Counted from the stretch's first letter, positions 39,528 to 48,197 are shown. The stretch is DNA of 64,000 nucleotides from Candidatus Limnocylindrales bacterium (GCA_046593725.1 JBKJQY010000088.1:8623-72622); one strand, 5' to 3'. Made by a program: numbers and translations. Notes: a model not told the origin generated them from the sequence alone.

Positions 39528-41273
39528 ATGCGCATCGATCACGACGCTCTGATCGTGGGAGCCGGCGGCGCGGGCCTGTGGGCCGCCGTCGAGTTGGCCA
39601 AGGCCGGAGTGGACGCCGCGGTGCTGACGAAGCTCTATCCCACTCGCTCCCACACCGGCGCGGCGCAGGGTGGTGTGTGCGCCGCCCTCGGGAACCTCGA
39701 GGAAGACCACTGGGAGTGGCACATGTTCGACACGATCAAGGGTGGCGACTACCTGACCGATCAGGACGCGGCGGAGATCCTGGCAAGGGAAGCCATCGAG
39801 ACCGTCGTCGAGCTCGAGCACATGGGGCTGCCGTTCAACCGCACGCCCGAGGGCAAGATCGACCAGCGGCGGTTCGGTGGTCATACCCGCAACTACGGCG
39901 AGGGCCCCGTTCGTCGGTCGTGCTTCGCGGCCGACCGGACCGGCCACATGATCCTCCAGACCCTGTACCAGCAGGCCATCAAGTACGGCGTCAAGTTCTA
40001 CGACGAGTACCACGTCGTGGACCTGCTCTCGGACGGTGGGGCGCTGGGCTCCGGTGGCCGCGCGGCCGGCGTCGTCGCGTATCGGATCGCGGACGGGGAG
40101 CTGCATACCCTGCGGTCCAAGGCCGTGCTGCTGGCCACCGGCGGCTTCGGGCGGATGTTCCGGATCACGTCCAACGCCTACTCGCTGACCGGTGACGGCG
40201 TGTCGCTGGCCTATCGCCACGGCATCCCGATGCAGGACATGGAGTTCTATCAGTTCCACCCGACCGGGATCGTCGGCCTCGGGATCCTGTTGTCCGAGGC
40301 GGCTCGCGGCGAGGGGGGCTATCTGCTCGACGACGACGGCTTCCGGTTCATGGAGCGCTACGCACCCAAGCTCATGGAGCTGGCGCCCCGTGACATGGTC
40401 AGCCGGGCGATCTACCAGGAGATCCGGGCGGGCCGGGGGATCGGTGGCAAGGACTACGTCTACCTCGACGTGCGTCACCTCGGCCGCAAGGTCATCGAGG
40501 AGAAGCTCCCCGATATCACCGACTTCGCCCGCGTCTACCAGGGCGTCGAACCGATCACCGAGCCCGTCCCGATCCAGCCGACCGCCCACTACGCGATGGG
40601 CGGCATCCCCACCGACCTGGTCACCCGGGTGACGCGCGATGCGGCCGGGACGGTCGTGCCCGGGCTGTACGCCGCCGGCGAGACGGCCTGCGTCAGCGTC
40701 CATGGTGCGAACCGGCTCGGAACGAACTCGCTGGTGGATCTGCTCGTGTTCGGACGTCGCGCCGGGCGCCAGATGGCCGAGGACATCAAGTCCGGCACGT
40801 TTGCCGACCTGCCGGCCGATGCCGAGGAGCCGGTCCGCGGCGAGATCGAGGGGCTGCGGTCGTCGGCCGGTCGCGAAACGCCGGTCCGGATCCGCCGCGA
40901 GCTCGCGGACGTGATGATGGACAACGTGGGCGTCTTTCGCGACGAGGCGTTGCTGACCGAGGCCCGGGTCAAGGTCCGCGAGCTGCGCGCCCGGTACACC
41001 AAGGTCCAGGTGGACGACAAGGGCAAGGTCTTCAACACGGACCTGCTGGAGGCGCGCGAGCTGGGTTATCTGCTGGACTGCGCCGAGACGACCGTGGCGT
41101 CCGCGCTCGCGCGCAAGGAGAGCCGCGGCGCCCACGCCCGCGAGGACTTCCCCGATCGGGACGACGTGACCTTCCTGAGCCATTCCCTCGCGACGAAGGC
41201 AGAGGGTGGGCCGACGCTCACCTACAAGCCGGTGACGATCACCAAGTTCGAACCCAAGCCGCGGGTGTACTGA
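39528..41273 (+). CDS. sdhA: Succinate dehydrogenase flavoprotein subunit
   Basis: [24 protein letters not shown] (FAD-linked His), [30 protein letters not shown]. Confidence 0.97.
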   Translation: MRIDHDALIVGAGGAGLWAAVELAKAGVDAAVLTKLYPTRSHTGAAQGGVCAALGNLEEDHWEWHMFDTIKGGDYLTDQDAAEILAREAIETVVELEHMGLPFNRTPEGKIDQRRFGGHTRNYGEGPVRRSCFAADRTGHMILQTLYQQAIKYGVKFYDEYHVVDLLSDGGALGSGGRAAGVVAYRIADGELHTLRSKAVLLATGGFGRMFRITSNAYSLTGDGVSLAYRHGIPMQDMEFYQFHPTGIVGLGILLSEAARGEGGYLLDDDGFRFMERYAPKLMELAPRDMVSRAIYQEIRAGRGIGGKDYVYLDVRHLGRKVIEEKLPDITDFARVYQGVEPITEPVPIQPTAHYAMGGIPTDLVTRVTRDAAGTVVPGLYAAGETACVSVHGANRLGTNSLVDLLVFGRRAGRQMAEDIKSGTFADLPADAEEPVRGEIEGLRSSAGRETPVRIRRELADVMMDNVGVFRDEALLTEARVKVRELRARYTKVQVDDKGKVFNTDLLEARELGYLLDCAETTVASALARKESRGAHAREDFPDRDDVTFLSHSLATKAEGGPTLTYKPVTITKFEPKPRVY

Positions 41274-41274
41274 G

Positions 41275-41979
41275 ATGCAGGTCGATCTGCGCATCCTTCG
41301 CTTCGATCCGGAGCGCGACGAGAAGGCCCACTGGGAGGCCTATACCGTCGAGGCGGACCCGAAGCTGGACCGCGTCCTGGACCTGCTCAACCGGGTCAAG
41401 TACGAGCAGGACGGGACGCTGACCTACCGACGGTCATGCGCCCATGGCGTATGCGGCTCGGACGCGATGCTGATCAACGGGCGCAATCGGCTCGCCTGCA
41501 AGCTCCGCATCGAACAGTTGGGCAAGCGCCGCATCACCGTCGCCCCGCTGCCTGGCCTGCCGGTCATCAAGGACCTCGTCGTGGATATGGACGGGTTCTT
41601 CGACAAGTTCAAGAGCGTCAAGCCGTATCTCGTGACCGACTCACCGCCGCCCGAACGGGAGCGCATCCAGTCCGCCGAGCAGCACGAGCGCTACCAGGAC
41701 ACGACCAAGTGCATCCTGTGCGCCGCCTGCACTACCTCGTGCCCGTCGTTCTGGGCGCAACCGTCGTATGTGGGCCCGGCCGCGATCGTCAACGCCCACC
41801 GGTTCATCTTCGACTCGCGCGATGAAGGTGCGGAGGAACGCCTGGAGATCCTTGCCGACAAGGATGGCGTCTGGCGCTGCCGGACGATCTTCAACTGCAC
41901 CGACGCCTGCCCGCGCGGGATCAACATCACCCAGGCGATCCTCGAAGTGAGCAGCGCCATCGCGGGTCGGCGGAGCTGA
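41275..41979 (+). CDS. sdhB: Succinate dehydrogenase iron-sulfur subunit
   Basis: YRRSCAHGVCGSDAMLINGRNRLAC, CILCAACTTSCP, CRTIFNCTDACPRGI, the three Fe-S cluster motifs. Confidence 0.96.
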   Translation: MQVDLRILRFDPERDEKAHWEAYTVEADPKLDRVLDLLNRVKYEQDGTLTYRRSCAHGVCGSDAMLINGRNRLACKLRIEQLGKRRITVAPLPGLPVIKDLVVDMDGFFDKFKSVKPYLVTDSPPPERERIQSAEQHERYQDTTKCILCAACTTSCPSFWAQPSYVGPAAIVNAHRFIFDSRDEGAEERLEILADKDGVWRCRTIFNCTDACPRGINITQAILEVSSAIAGRRS

Positions 41980-41987
41980 GCGACACG

Positions 41988-42497
41988 ATGTTTCCCGACC
42001 TGGAGCCGGCTGTCGTGGCCCCACCGTCACGGCGCGGGTTCGTCATCCGGACGGACGGGGCGGCACGTGGGAATCCCGGTCCGGCGTCGCTCGGTGCGGC
42101 CTTGTACGACCTGGAACGGCCGGACGCCCGCGACCATCGGGCCGCCCCGGATGCGTCCATCTCCGATTACCTGGGCATCCAGACCAACAACGTCGCCGAG
42201 TACACGGGCACGGTCCGGGCGCTGGCGCTCGCCCGGGAGCTGGGCGCTCGCGAGGTCCACCTGCTGCTGGACTCGAAGCTCATCGTGGAGCAACTCGCCG
42301 GTCGCTGGCGGGTCAAGGACGCCAAGCTGATCCCGCTCTGGACCGCCTGCCGCCAGACGCTCGCGACCTTCGAGCGGTGGACGGCGACGCACGTGCCTCG
42401 CGCGCAGAACTCGGTGGCGGATGCACTGGCGAACCAAGCCATCGACCGCACACACGCCGGCGGCCCGCCCGAAGTTACCAGGCGCCCCGGCAAGTAG
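41988..42497 (+). CDS. rnhA: Ribonuclease H (type 1) family protein
   Basis: IRTDGAARGNPGPASLGAAL, TNNVAEYTGTVRAL, LLLDSKLIVEQLAGRWRVK, RAQNSVADALAN. Confidence 0.85.
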   Translation: MFPDLEPAVVAPPSRRGFVIRTDGAARGNPGPASLGAALYDLERPDARDHRAAPDASISDYLGIQTNNVAEYTGTVRALALARELGAREVHLLLDSKLIVEQLAGRWRVKDAKLIPLWTACRQTLATFERWTATHVPRAQNSVADALANQAIDRTHAGGPPEVTRRPGK

Positions 42498-42510
42498 GGG
42501 AGCAGGCGGG

Positions 42511-42590
42511 CCCGCGCTCGGCAGCGGGAAGCCTGGCCCGAGCGCGGCAGCGGGGCCGAGCGCGGCAGCGGGAAGCCGGGGCCGAGCGCC
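42511..42590. repeat. Imperfect GC-rich tandem repeat (~26-bp unit, ~3.3 copies)
   Basis: CCCGCGCTCGGCAGCGGGAAGCCTGG / CCCGAGCGCGGCAGCGGGG / CCGAGCGCGGCAGCGGGAAGCCGGGG / CCGAGCGCC. Confidence 0.65.
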
Positions 42591-42869
42591 TTCTGTGCAC
42601 CCTGTGACCATGTCGGCCAACAGACTCCCGCCGAGCGTCATTCTGGTCACCCTGTGTACCTAACGACGATGAAGTGGCGCCTCGCCGTCACTTCGGGGCA
42701 CCGGATGCACCGATCGGCAAAGATCGCCGGCGATCCGGCCGGTCGTTTGCTCAAATGGTCACCACATGCACGCCTCGCAGCGGAAGCGTGCTCCGCGTCG
42801 GACCCAGTCACGGGGGGCGCGGCCCGCCTGTGAGGCGCGAGCCGGCTCCGCAGCCGCGGTAGACTCAGG

Positions 42870-43250
42870 CGGTCAGCAAGGCGGTCGGATGGTCGCGCGT
42901 TCGGCGGGGCGACCCGTTCGAGCGTGAGGAAAGTCCGAGCTCCGCAAGCGCAGGGTAGCGGGTAACGCCCGTCCGCCGTGAGGCGAGGACCAGTGCCACA
43001 GTGACGATGCCGGCCGTCGGCGCAAGCCTTCGGACGGAGTGAAACGCGGCAAACTCTACCCGGAGCAAGGCCAAATAGGAGGGCGCAACCCGGTCTCGGG
43101 CGACCGCGATCGGGGGAGAGGGGCGCTGCCCAGCCCTCGGGTCGGCCGCATGAGCCGTCGGGCGACCGGCGGCCCCAGATGGATGGCCATCCCCGCGGCA
43201 CCGCAAGGTCCGTGGGACAAAACTCGGCTTACAGACCGCCTCGCTGACGA
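42870..43250 (+). ncRNA. rnpB: RNase P RNA, bacterial type A
   Basis: GAGGAAAGTCCGAGCTCC (CR-I), ACTCTACCCGGAGCAAGGCCAAATAGG, GGACAAAACTCGGCTTACAG. P1 pairing GGTCAGCAAGGCGGTC (5') with GACCGCCTCGCTGAC (3'). Ends approximate to +/-5 nt. Confidence 0.95.
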
Positions 43251-43274
43251 CTCCGCCCGGGTCGTTGCGACCCC

Positions 43275-43943
43275 CTAGCCGCGGCCTGTGGTCGTGGCGA
43301 CATCCACTTCGTTTCCCGCCGAGTCGGCCAGCGTCCACCAGGAGGGCGCATGTGTGTCACGAACGAGGTGACCGCCGGCCGCAAGCGCTGCCGCGACACG
43401 GGCCTCCGCCTGATCGGCGGGGACCCAGACGGCGATGTGGATCGCGCCGCCTTCGTCTCCGCGCGGCTCGTCCATCGGCTCGAACCAGAAGCCTGGACCG
43501 AAGCCCATTGGGTCCACGAGGTCTTCGTCCGGGCTGTCGCCGCGTGGCACATAGCCGAGGACGGCTTGCCAGAACGGCATGACCTCGGCCGTGACCGGGG
43601 CACCCGGGATGACGATCATGGTCTGCACGGCCGACGGGTCCGCGGCCACGCCCTGCTCACGCGCGGTGGCAGAGATGGCGCGCGCCAGGTCGACGTCCCG
43701 GTCGCTCATGCCCCAGAAGTCGTCGGTCCGCGTAAGCAGGCGTACGGTCACGCCATCATGGCGCAGGTCGATGGCCACGCCGGGCGCGTCGATCCCATCG
43801 AGGGCGCTGATCGCCTGGGCCAAACGCGCCCCTGCGGCGAACGACCCGGTGCGGAAGTAGGTGGTGGCCCCTTCGCTCAGGACCCACCAGTCAGCGACGC
43901 CCTCGGACTCATGGAACCGTTTCGGCCCGAACCGCTCCGTCAT
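43275..43943 (-). CDS. Pterin-4a-carbinolamine dehydratase-like domain fused to a VOC/glyoxalase-like domain
   Basis: N-terminal WWVLSEGATTYFRTGSFAAGARLAQAISAL...AIDLRHDGVTVRLLT (PCD-like). C-terminal MPFWQAVLGY...GGAIHIAVWVPADQAEARV...GGHLV (VOC-like). Confidence 0.65.
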   Translation of the reverse strand: MTERFGPKRFHESEGVADWWVLSEGATTYFRTGSFAAGARLAQAISALDGIDAPGVAIDLRHDGVTVRLLTRTDDFWGMSDRDVDLARAISATAREQGVAADPSAVQTMIVIPGAPVTAEVMPFWQAVLGYVPRGDSPDEDLVDPMGFGPGFWFEPMDEPRGDEGGAIHIAVWVPADQAEARVAAALAAGGHLVRDTHAPSWWTLADSAGNEVDVATTTGRG

Positions 43944-44083
43944 GCGCCAAACGATACAGGACGGATCGGCGCCTGGCCGACATCAGCGCAAGGCGCCGGC
44001 GAGCGGCGAAGCGAGAGCCTCCTCACGATGGGCGAGTGAGCAAGCGTCGCCGGCAACGCCGCGGTGGCCCCGCCACGAGCCGA

Positions 44084-44326
44084 TCAGTCCTCGTCGGGCC
44101 TGAACGTGTGCGGCGCCGTGCAGGCGTTGCAGACCGGCATGGCCGCGTCGAGGTCGCCCAGCGGGATCGGCACCTTGCGGTCGGGCAAGAGGCACTCGAC
44201 GTCGTACACGCGCTCGCCATCCACCTGGACGTCGATGAGGCGGCGGAACGTGCAGCGCTTGATCCGATGCGGGGCAAGGTGGTACGCGTCGGCGATCGCT
44301 GGGAGCGCGGGCAGCTGGAGCGCCAT
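44084..44326 (-). CDS. Small (80 aa) four-cysteine hypothetical protein
   Basis: MALQLPALPAIADAYHLAPHRIKRCTF...VECLL...PVCNACTAPHTFRPDED. Ordinary composition, unlike the rest of ORF 44084..44770. Divergent from the LysM gene. Confidence 0.45.
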   Translation of the reverse strand: MALQLPALPAIADAYHLAPHRIKRCTFRRLIDVQVDGERVYDVECLLPDRKVPIPLGDLDAAMPVCNACTAPHTFRPDED

Positions 44327-44473
44327 GTGGTTGTTCGAACCTCGTTCCGCGTGGGCCTTCGGAAGATCCGACCGGCTCTGGAGCGGGAGGCTAGCACCGC
44401 CCGACTTCCCACGGCAAGGCGCGAAAGGTACTAGACTCCGCGCCGTTCGAGGCAACCCGACGACGGAGGACCG

Positions 44474-45469
44474 ATGGCAGACGATCCGATAGGCCGCCCC
44501 AAGCCGACGGCTCGACGCCGCCGGCAGTCGCGTTCGACGAGTCCGACGAGCGCGCCCGGGACGCCTGAGACGATCGAGCCAACACCCGCCGAACTCGACG
44601 ATTCGGCCGCCGAGCCGCTCGCCATCGAGACCATCGGCGCCGTCGAACAAGTCGACAGCGGGACCCTTGCGTCCGAACCCGAGGCGGCCCTGGTCACGGC
44701 CTGGCCGATGCTGGATGGGACCTCGCCCAACGAGTGGGTCTGCCCGTTCCTGCGGTCCGCCGACGAGCATGAACGCCTTGACCTGCCGATCGAGGGGCCC
44801 GACACCACCAACCGCTGCGCCGCCCTTGTGGACGTCGTGCCGCAGTCACTCCGACAACAGGAACTCGTCTGCCTGACGACGTCGCACGTCAATTGCCCTC
44901 GCTACCTGCGCGGGGCCGTGGTCGCGGTCGATCCAGCCGCGGGCCGCGCCCAGTCGACCCTGACGATGACCCCGGCGATGCTGGGCGCGTTGGCCCTGTT
45001 GGCGGCTGCCTTCACGGCCTCGGTGGTGTTCACGTTGGCTCGCGGAGGCCTCGACCTCCCCGCGGCGGCCGGGCAGGGCTCGGCACGTCCGTCCTCCAGT
45101 GTGGTGGCCGTCGTCCCATCCGTTGCGCCGAGCGCCGGCGCGTCCCTGTCTCCGAGCGTCGAACCGAGCGCGAGCACCGAGCCGAGCCTGAGCCCGACTC
45201 AGCCGCCCACGCCCAGCGCGACCCCGACTGTCGAACCCAGCGCGACCAGCTCCGCCGCACCCGTGCCAAGCTCCGACCGATATGCCTTGCTGACCGCTTG
45301 CCCCGACAAGCCCGACTGCTGGCTGTATCGGATCCGATCCGGCGACAACCTGTTCAGCATCGCCAAGTACTTCGGCGTCCCCATCGCGACGGTCAAGGCC
45401 CTCAACCCGTGGACCGCGTCAGGGCTCAAGGTCGGCCGCGACTTGATCCTGCCGCCGCCCACCCGGTAA
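44474..45469 (+). CDS. LysM domain-containing membrane protein with Ser/Pro-rich linker
   Basis: C-terminal LysM YRIRSGDNLFSIAKYFGVPIATVKALNPWTASGLKVGRDLILP. TM MLGALALLAAAFTASVVFTLA. Repeats of PS(V/A)EPSAS. Cys-containing N-terminal region. Confidence 0.85.
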   Translation: MADDPIGRPKPTARRRRQSRSTSPTSAPGTPETIEPTPAELDDSAAEPLAIETIGAVEQVDSGTLASEPEAALVTAWPMLDGTSPNEWVCPFLRSADEHERLDLPIEGPDTTNRCAALVDVVPQSLRQQELVCLTTSHVNCPRYLRGAVVAVDPAAGRAQSTLTMTPAMLGALALLAAAFTASVVFTLARGGLDLPAAAGQGSARPSSSVVAVVPSVAPSAGASLSPSVEPSASTEPSLSPTQPPTPSATPTVEPSATSSAAPVPSSDRYALLTACPDKPDCWLYRIRSGDNLFSIAKYFGVPIATVKALNPWTASGLKVGRDLILPPPTR

Positions 45470-45900
45470 GGGCCCGGGTCGGCCAAGGCACGGCTCGTCC
45501 CGACAGGTGTTGCTCCCAGCAGGACAAAACAGCGGTTCGGGACCGCTTCCGCGGGGGTTCCCGGCATGCGCGCCCGTTGGCTGAGGGCGAACGAGGGACG
45601 GATACCCGCCGGTGCGCGCCGTGCGCGCCCGTCACGAGCCGTGAATGGCCCTAGATCAGCGGTTCGTCGCGCCAGCAGCAACGGCGGACGTACGCGCAGT
45701 CCCGGGCAGAACCAGCAGCCGTTCGTGGACAGGTGTAACGAGGCGGGACTCGTCGTCGTGGTGACCCATGCATCTATCGCTCCGGTCCTGGAGGGACCGC
45801 GATCGCGTCGAACGTGCATGGCCACCGGCAGGATCCGACATCGAACGTCTACATCGTCAAGGTTCGCGAGGAACTCGTGCAGATCACGGTCCTCACAGGA

Positions 45901-45949
45901 CCGCGACCCAGGGCCCGCACCCGCGACCCAGGGCCCGCACCCGCGACCC
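45901..45949. repeat. 20-bp tandem repeat x2.4 (CCGCGACCCAGGGCCCGCAC)
   Basis: Identical copies at 45901-45920 and 45921-45940, then a partial copy at 45941-45949. Confidence 0.85.
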
Positions 45950-45985
45950 CGTACGCCCGTCGTTGTGTGGTGGGCCATTTGCGCA

Positions 45986-46014
45986 TTGACTTGTGGGCAT
46001 CTGCCCGGCAGAAT
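45986..46014 (+). promoter_or_regulatory. Candidate sigma-70-type promoter of the dcw cluster (Pmra)
   Basis: TTGACT (45986-45991), 17-nt spacer, CAGAAT (46009-46014). Lies ~125 nt upstream of the mraZ GTG. Confidence 0.5.
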
Positions 46015-46019
46015 GCACC

Positions 46020-46049
46020 GAAGTGGCGCGAAGTGGCGCAAAGTGGGGA
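46020..46049 (+). promoter_or_regulatory. Putative MraZ operator: three 10-bp direct repeats
   Basis: GAAGTGGCGC GAAGTGGCGC AAAGTGGGGA, immediately downstream of the predicted -10. GTGG core at 10-bp phasing, as described for MraZ boxes. Confidence 0.6.
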
Positions 46050-46138
46050 ACTCGGATCCGCCCAGGACATAGAGAGACCGCCCCCCACGGTCCGCCCGCC
46101 CAGGGACGCCGCACAGCACAGACAGGGGTAGCCCGCAG

Positions 46139-46567
46139 GTGTTCACCGGCGAGTACCGGCACTCGGTGGACGGCAAGGGACGGTTGGCCGTCCCGGCCCG
46201 ATTCCGCACCCAACTGCAGTCGGGGGCGGTCGTCTCGCGCTGGCTGGACAAGTGCCTCGCGATCCACACCCAGGCCGGCTGGGCGTCGCTGAGCGACAAG
46301 GTCGCCGCGCTGCCCATCACGGATCCCACCTCACGAAGGTTCCAGCGGTTCGTGTTCGCGGGCGCCGTCGAAGCGGAGCTCGACGGCCAGGGCCGCCTCC
46401 TGCTGCCCGCCTACCTGCGTGAAACGCTCCGCCTTGCGAACGAGGCCGTCGTCGTCGGGTCGCGCGATCACGCCGAGATCTGGGCCCCCGCCGATTGGGA
46501 TGAGTACAGCCGGGCCCTCGACGACCCGCAGGCGCTCGCCGATGCCTTCGAGGGGCTGGGCATCTAG
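46139..46567 (+). CDS. mraZ: Transcriptional regulator MraZ
   Basis: MFTGEYRHSVDGKGRLAVPARFR ... second half-domain ELDGQGRLLLPAYLR (duplicated DxxxR SpoVT/AbrB-like motifs). Confidence 0.95.
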   Translation: MFTGEYRHSVDGKGRLAVPARFRTQLQSGAVVSRWLDKCLAIHTQAGWASLSDKVAALPITDPTSRRFQRFVFAGAVEAELDGQGRLLLPAYLRETLRLANEAVVVGSRDHAEIWAPADWDEYSRALDDPQALADAFEGLGI

Positions 46568-46630
46568 CGCCACCACCACATGCGCTTCCAGGGTCCGCTC
46601 GGGATCCGTTCGTTCAGGGATGGAGGAGAG

Positions 46631-47578
46631 ATGAAGGCAGAGCACTTGCCGGTGCTGGCGGAGGAGGTCTTGTTGATGCTCGCGCCTGCCCCGGGCAGCC
46701 TTCAGATCGATGCCACCCTGGGCGGCGGTGGGCACACCGAGCGGATCCTGGAGGCGACCCACCCTGATGGCCGCCTCCTCGGTCTCGATGCCGATGGGGC
46801 GGCTATCGCCAGAGTCCGCGACCGACTCGGCCCGCGCTACGGCGATCGACTCGTCCTGCGCCGGGCCAACTTCCGCGACCTGGCGACCGTGGCGCCCGAC
46901 GCCGGCTTCGGCCAGGCCGACGGCTGCCTGTTCGACCTGGGCCTGTCCAGCTTCCAGCTGGCCGACACGGATCGCGGCTTCGGCTTCCGGGCCGGCGGCC
47001 CGCTCGACATGCGCTTCGACGCCTCACGCGGGGTCCCCGCGGCCGAACTCCTGGCGACTCTGGATGCCGGCGAACTAACGACCCTGTTCCGGCGCTATGG
47101 GGAGGAACCCAAGGCCTCCCGAATCGCCCGCGCGATCGTCGATGCGCGTCGGGTGGCCCCGATCGCGACCGCCGAGGAGCTGGCCGCCCTCATCGAACGC
47201 GCGCTCCCGCCCAACCCGCGCCTGCCCCGTCGGACCCATCCGGCGACGCGGGTCTTCCAGGCGTTGCGGATCGCGGTCAACGAGGAGCTTGAAGCCCTGC
47301 AGGCCGGCCTGGCAGCCGCCCTGGACCTGCTCCGCCCCGGTGGCCGCCTGGTGGTCCTCAGCTACCACTCCCTCGAGGACCGGATCGTGAAGCGCCTCTT
47401 CCAGGCCGAACGACGCGGTTGCGTCTGTCCGCCCGAGGTGCCCATCTGCGTGTGCGGTCGCAACCCGCGACTCCGCCTCGTCACTCGTCCGTCGCTGACC
47501 CCGTCGGTGGCGGAGATCGATGCCAATCCCAGGGCCCGCAGTGCCCGCCTTCGGGCCGCCGAGCGATTGGCCGCCTGA
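46631..47578 (+). CDS. rsmH: 16S rRNA (cytosine1402-N4)-methyltransferase RsmH
   Basis: HLPVLAEEVL, DATLGGGGHTE, DLGLSSFQLADTDRGFGF, LVVLSYHSLEDRIVK, ANPRARSARLR. ATG 46631 follows GGATGGAGGAGAG. Confidence 0.95.
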   Translation: MKAEHLPVLAEEVLLMLAPAPGSLQIDATLGGGGHTERILEATHPDGRLLGLDADGAAIARVRDRLGPRYGDRLVLRRANFRDLATVAPDAGFGQADGCLFDLGLSSFQLADTDRGFGFRAGGPLDMRFDASRGVPAAELLATLDAGELTTLFRRYGEEPKASRIARAIVDARRVAPIATAEELAALIERALPPNPRLPRRTHPATRVFQALRIAVNEELEALQAGLAAALDLLRPGGRLVVLSYHSLEDRIVKRLFQAERRGCVCPPEVPICVCGRNPRLRLVTRPSLTPSVAEIDANPRARSARLRAAERLAA

Positions 47579-47607
47579 TCACGCCCGGAACGGAAGGAGG
47601 AGCCCCC

Positions 47608-47805
47608 ATGAGCAAGCGCCATCAGTCCAGTCGTCGCAGGACGTACGGTCGCCGCCAGCACGAGGTTCGCGAGCGGACCGATCGTCAGCACCAGCAGGAA
47701 GGCTTCGACCTGGAGTTGACCGATTGGGGGCCTGCTGCGCCCGCCGACCCGTTCGCCTTCCTCGATCCGCGCAGTCCGCGTCTCCGCTTCTCGGCGGGCG
47801 ACTGA
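47608..47805 (+). CDS. Small (65 aa) Arg-rich hydrophilic hypothetical protein between rsmH and ftsL
   Basis: ATG 47608 is 7 nt after GGAAGGAGGAG. MSKRHQSSRRRTYGRRQHEVRERTDRQHQQEGFDLELTDWGPAAPADPFAFLDPRSPRLRFSAGD. Third-position GC high, as in neighbouring genes. Stop 2 nt before the ftsL ATG. Confidence 0.5.
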   Translation: MSKRHQSSRRRTYGRRQHEVRERTDRQHQQEGFDLELTDWGPAAPADPFAFLDPRSPRLRFSAGD

Positions 47806-47807
47806 CC

Positions 47808-48188
47808 ATGGCCGTATACCAGGGCGCTCGCCCCCGGCTGATCGCCCTGCCCGGCCGACCGCGCATCGCGGAAGGTCCGACACTGGGACGGCGGCGTGCC
47901 CGGACGGCCGTGCGCGCGGGCCGTCGCAGTCGTCGCCTGGGGACGGTCCTGACCGGGGTCGTGGTGACGTTCCTGCTCTCCTTCTTCTGGCTGTCGCAGG
48001 ACGTGCGCGTGTCCGCGACCGGCTATGACATCGGCCGCCTCGAGGTGGCTCGCACGCGGACGGATGCCCGGATCCAGGACCTGCTCTCCGACCTGAACCG
48101 ACTGGGGCGCGAGCCCGCTATCCGGAAGCAGGGGATCGACAGCGGCCTCGGCCAGCTCTCGGAGCCCATCGTCCTGCCGGCCCGCTGA
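47808..48188 (+). CDS. ftsL: Cell division protein FtsL-like (bitopic, coiled coil)
   Basis: Basic N-terminus, TM LGTVLTGVVVTFLLSFFWL, then a helical segment VSATGYDIGRLEVARTRTDARIQDLLSDLNRL. In the canonical position before the class B PBP. Confidence 0.65.
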   Translation: MAVYQGARPRLIALPGRPRIAEGPTLGRRRARTAVRAGRRSRRLGTVLTGVVVTFLLSFFWLSQDVRVSATGYDIGRLEVARTRTDARIQDLLSDLNRLGREPAIRKQGIDSGLGQLSEPIVLPAR

Positions 48189-48197
48189 TCGATCGAG

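Noticed and set aside
39489-41294. 601-aa ORF on the minus strand
   Set aside because: It is antisense to sdhA, which has clear FAD-binding and active-site motifs. It is a typical high-GC shadow ORF.
42647-43338. ORFs of 157-184 aa on the minus strand
   Set aside because: They lie antisense to an unambiguous RNase P RNA gene and are Arg/Pro/Gly-rich.
44327-44473. Cyclic-di-AMP (ydaO-type) riboswitch upstream of the LysM gene
   Set aside because: The context is suggestive because cell-wall genes often carry it. However, I could not find the conserved ydaO core sequences or the pseudo-two-fold architecture in this 147-nt leader.
45199-46329. 376-aa minus-strand ORF spanning the mraZ upstream region
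   Set aside because: It overlaps the 3' end of the LysM gene and the 5' end of mraZ. It also runs through the 20-bp tandem repeat, the predicted promoter and the MraZ boxes. Composition is junk-like apart from a short stretch, so the region is treated as non-coding.
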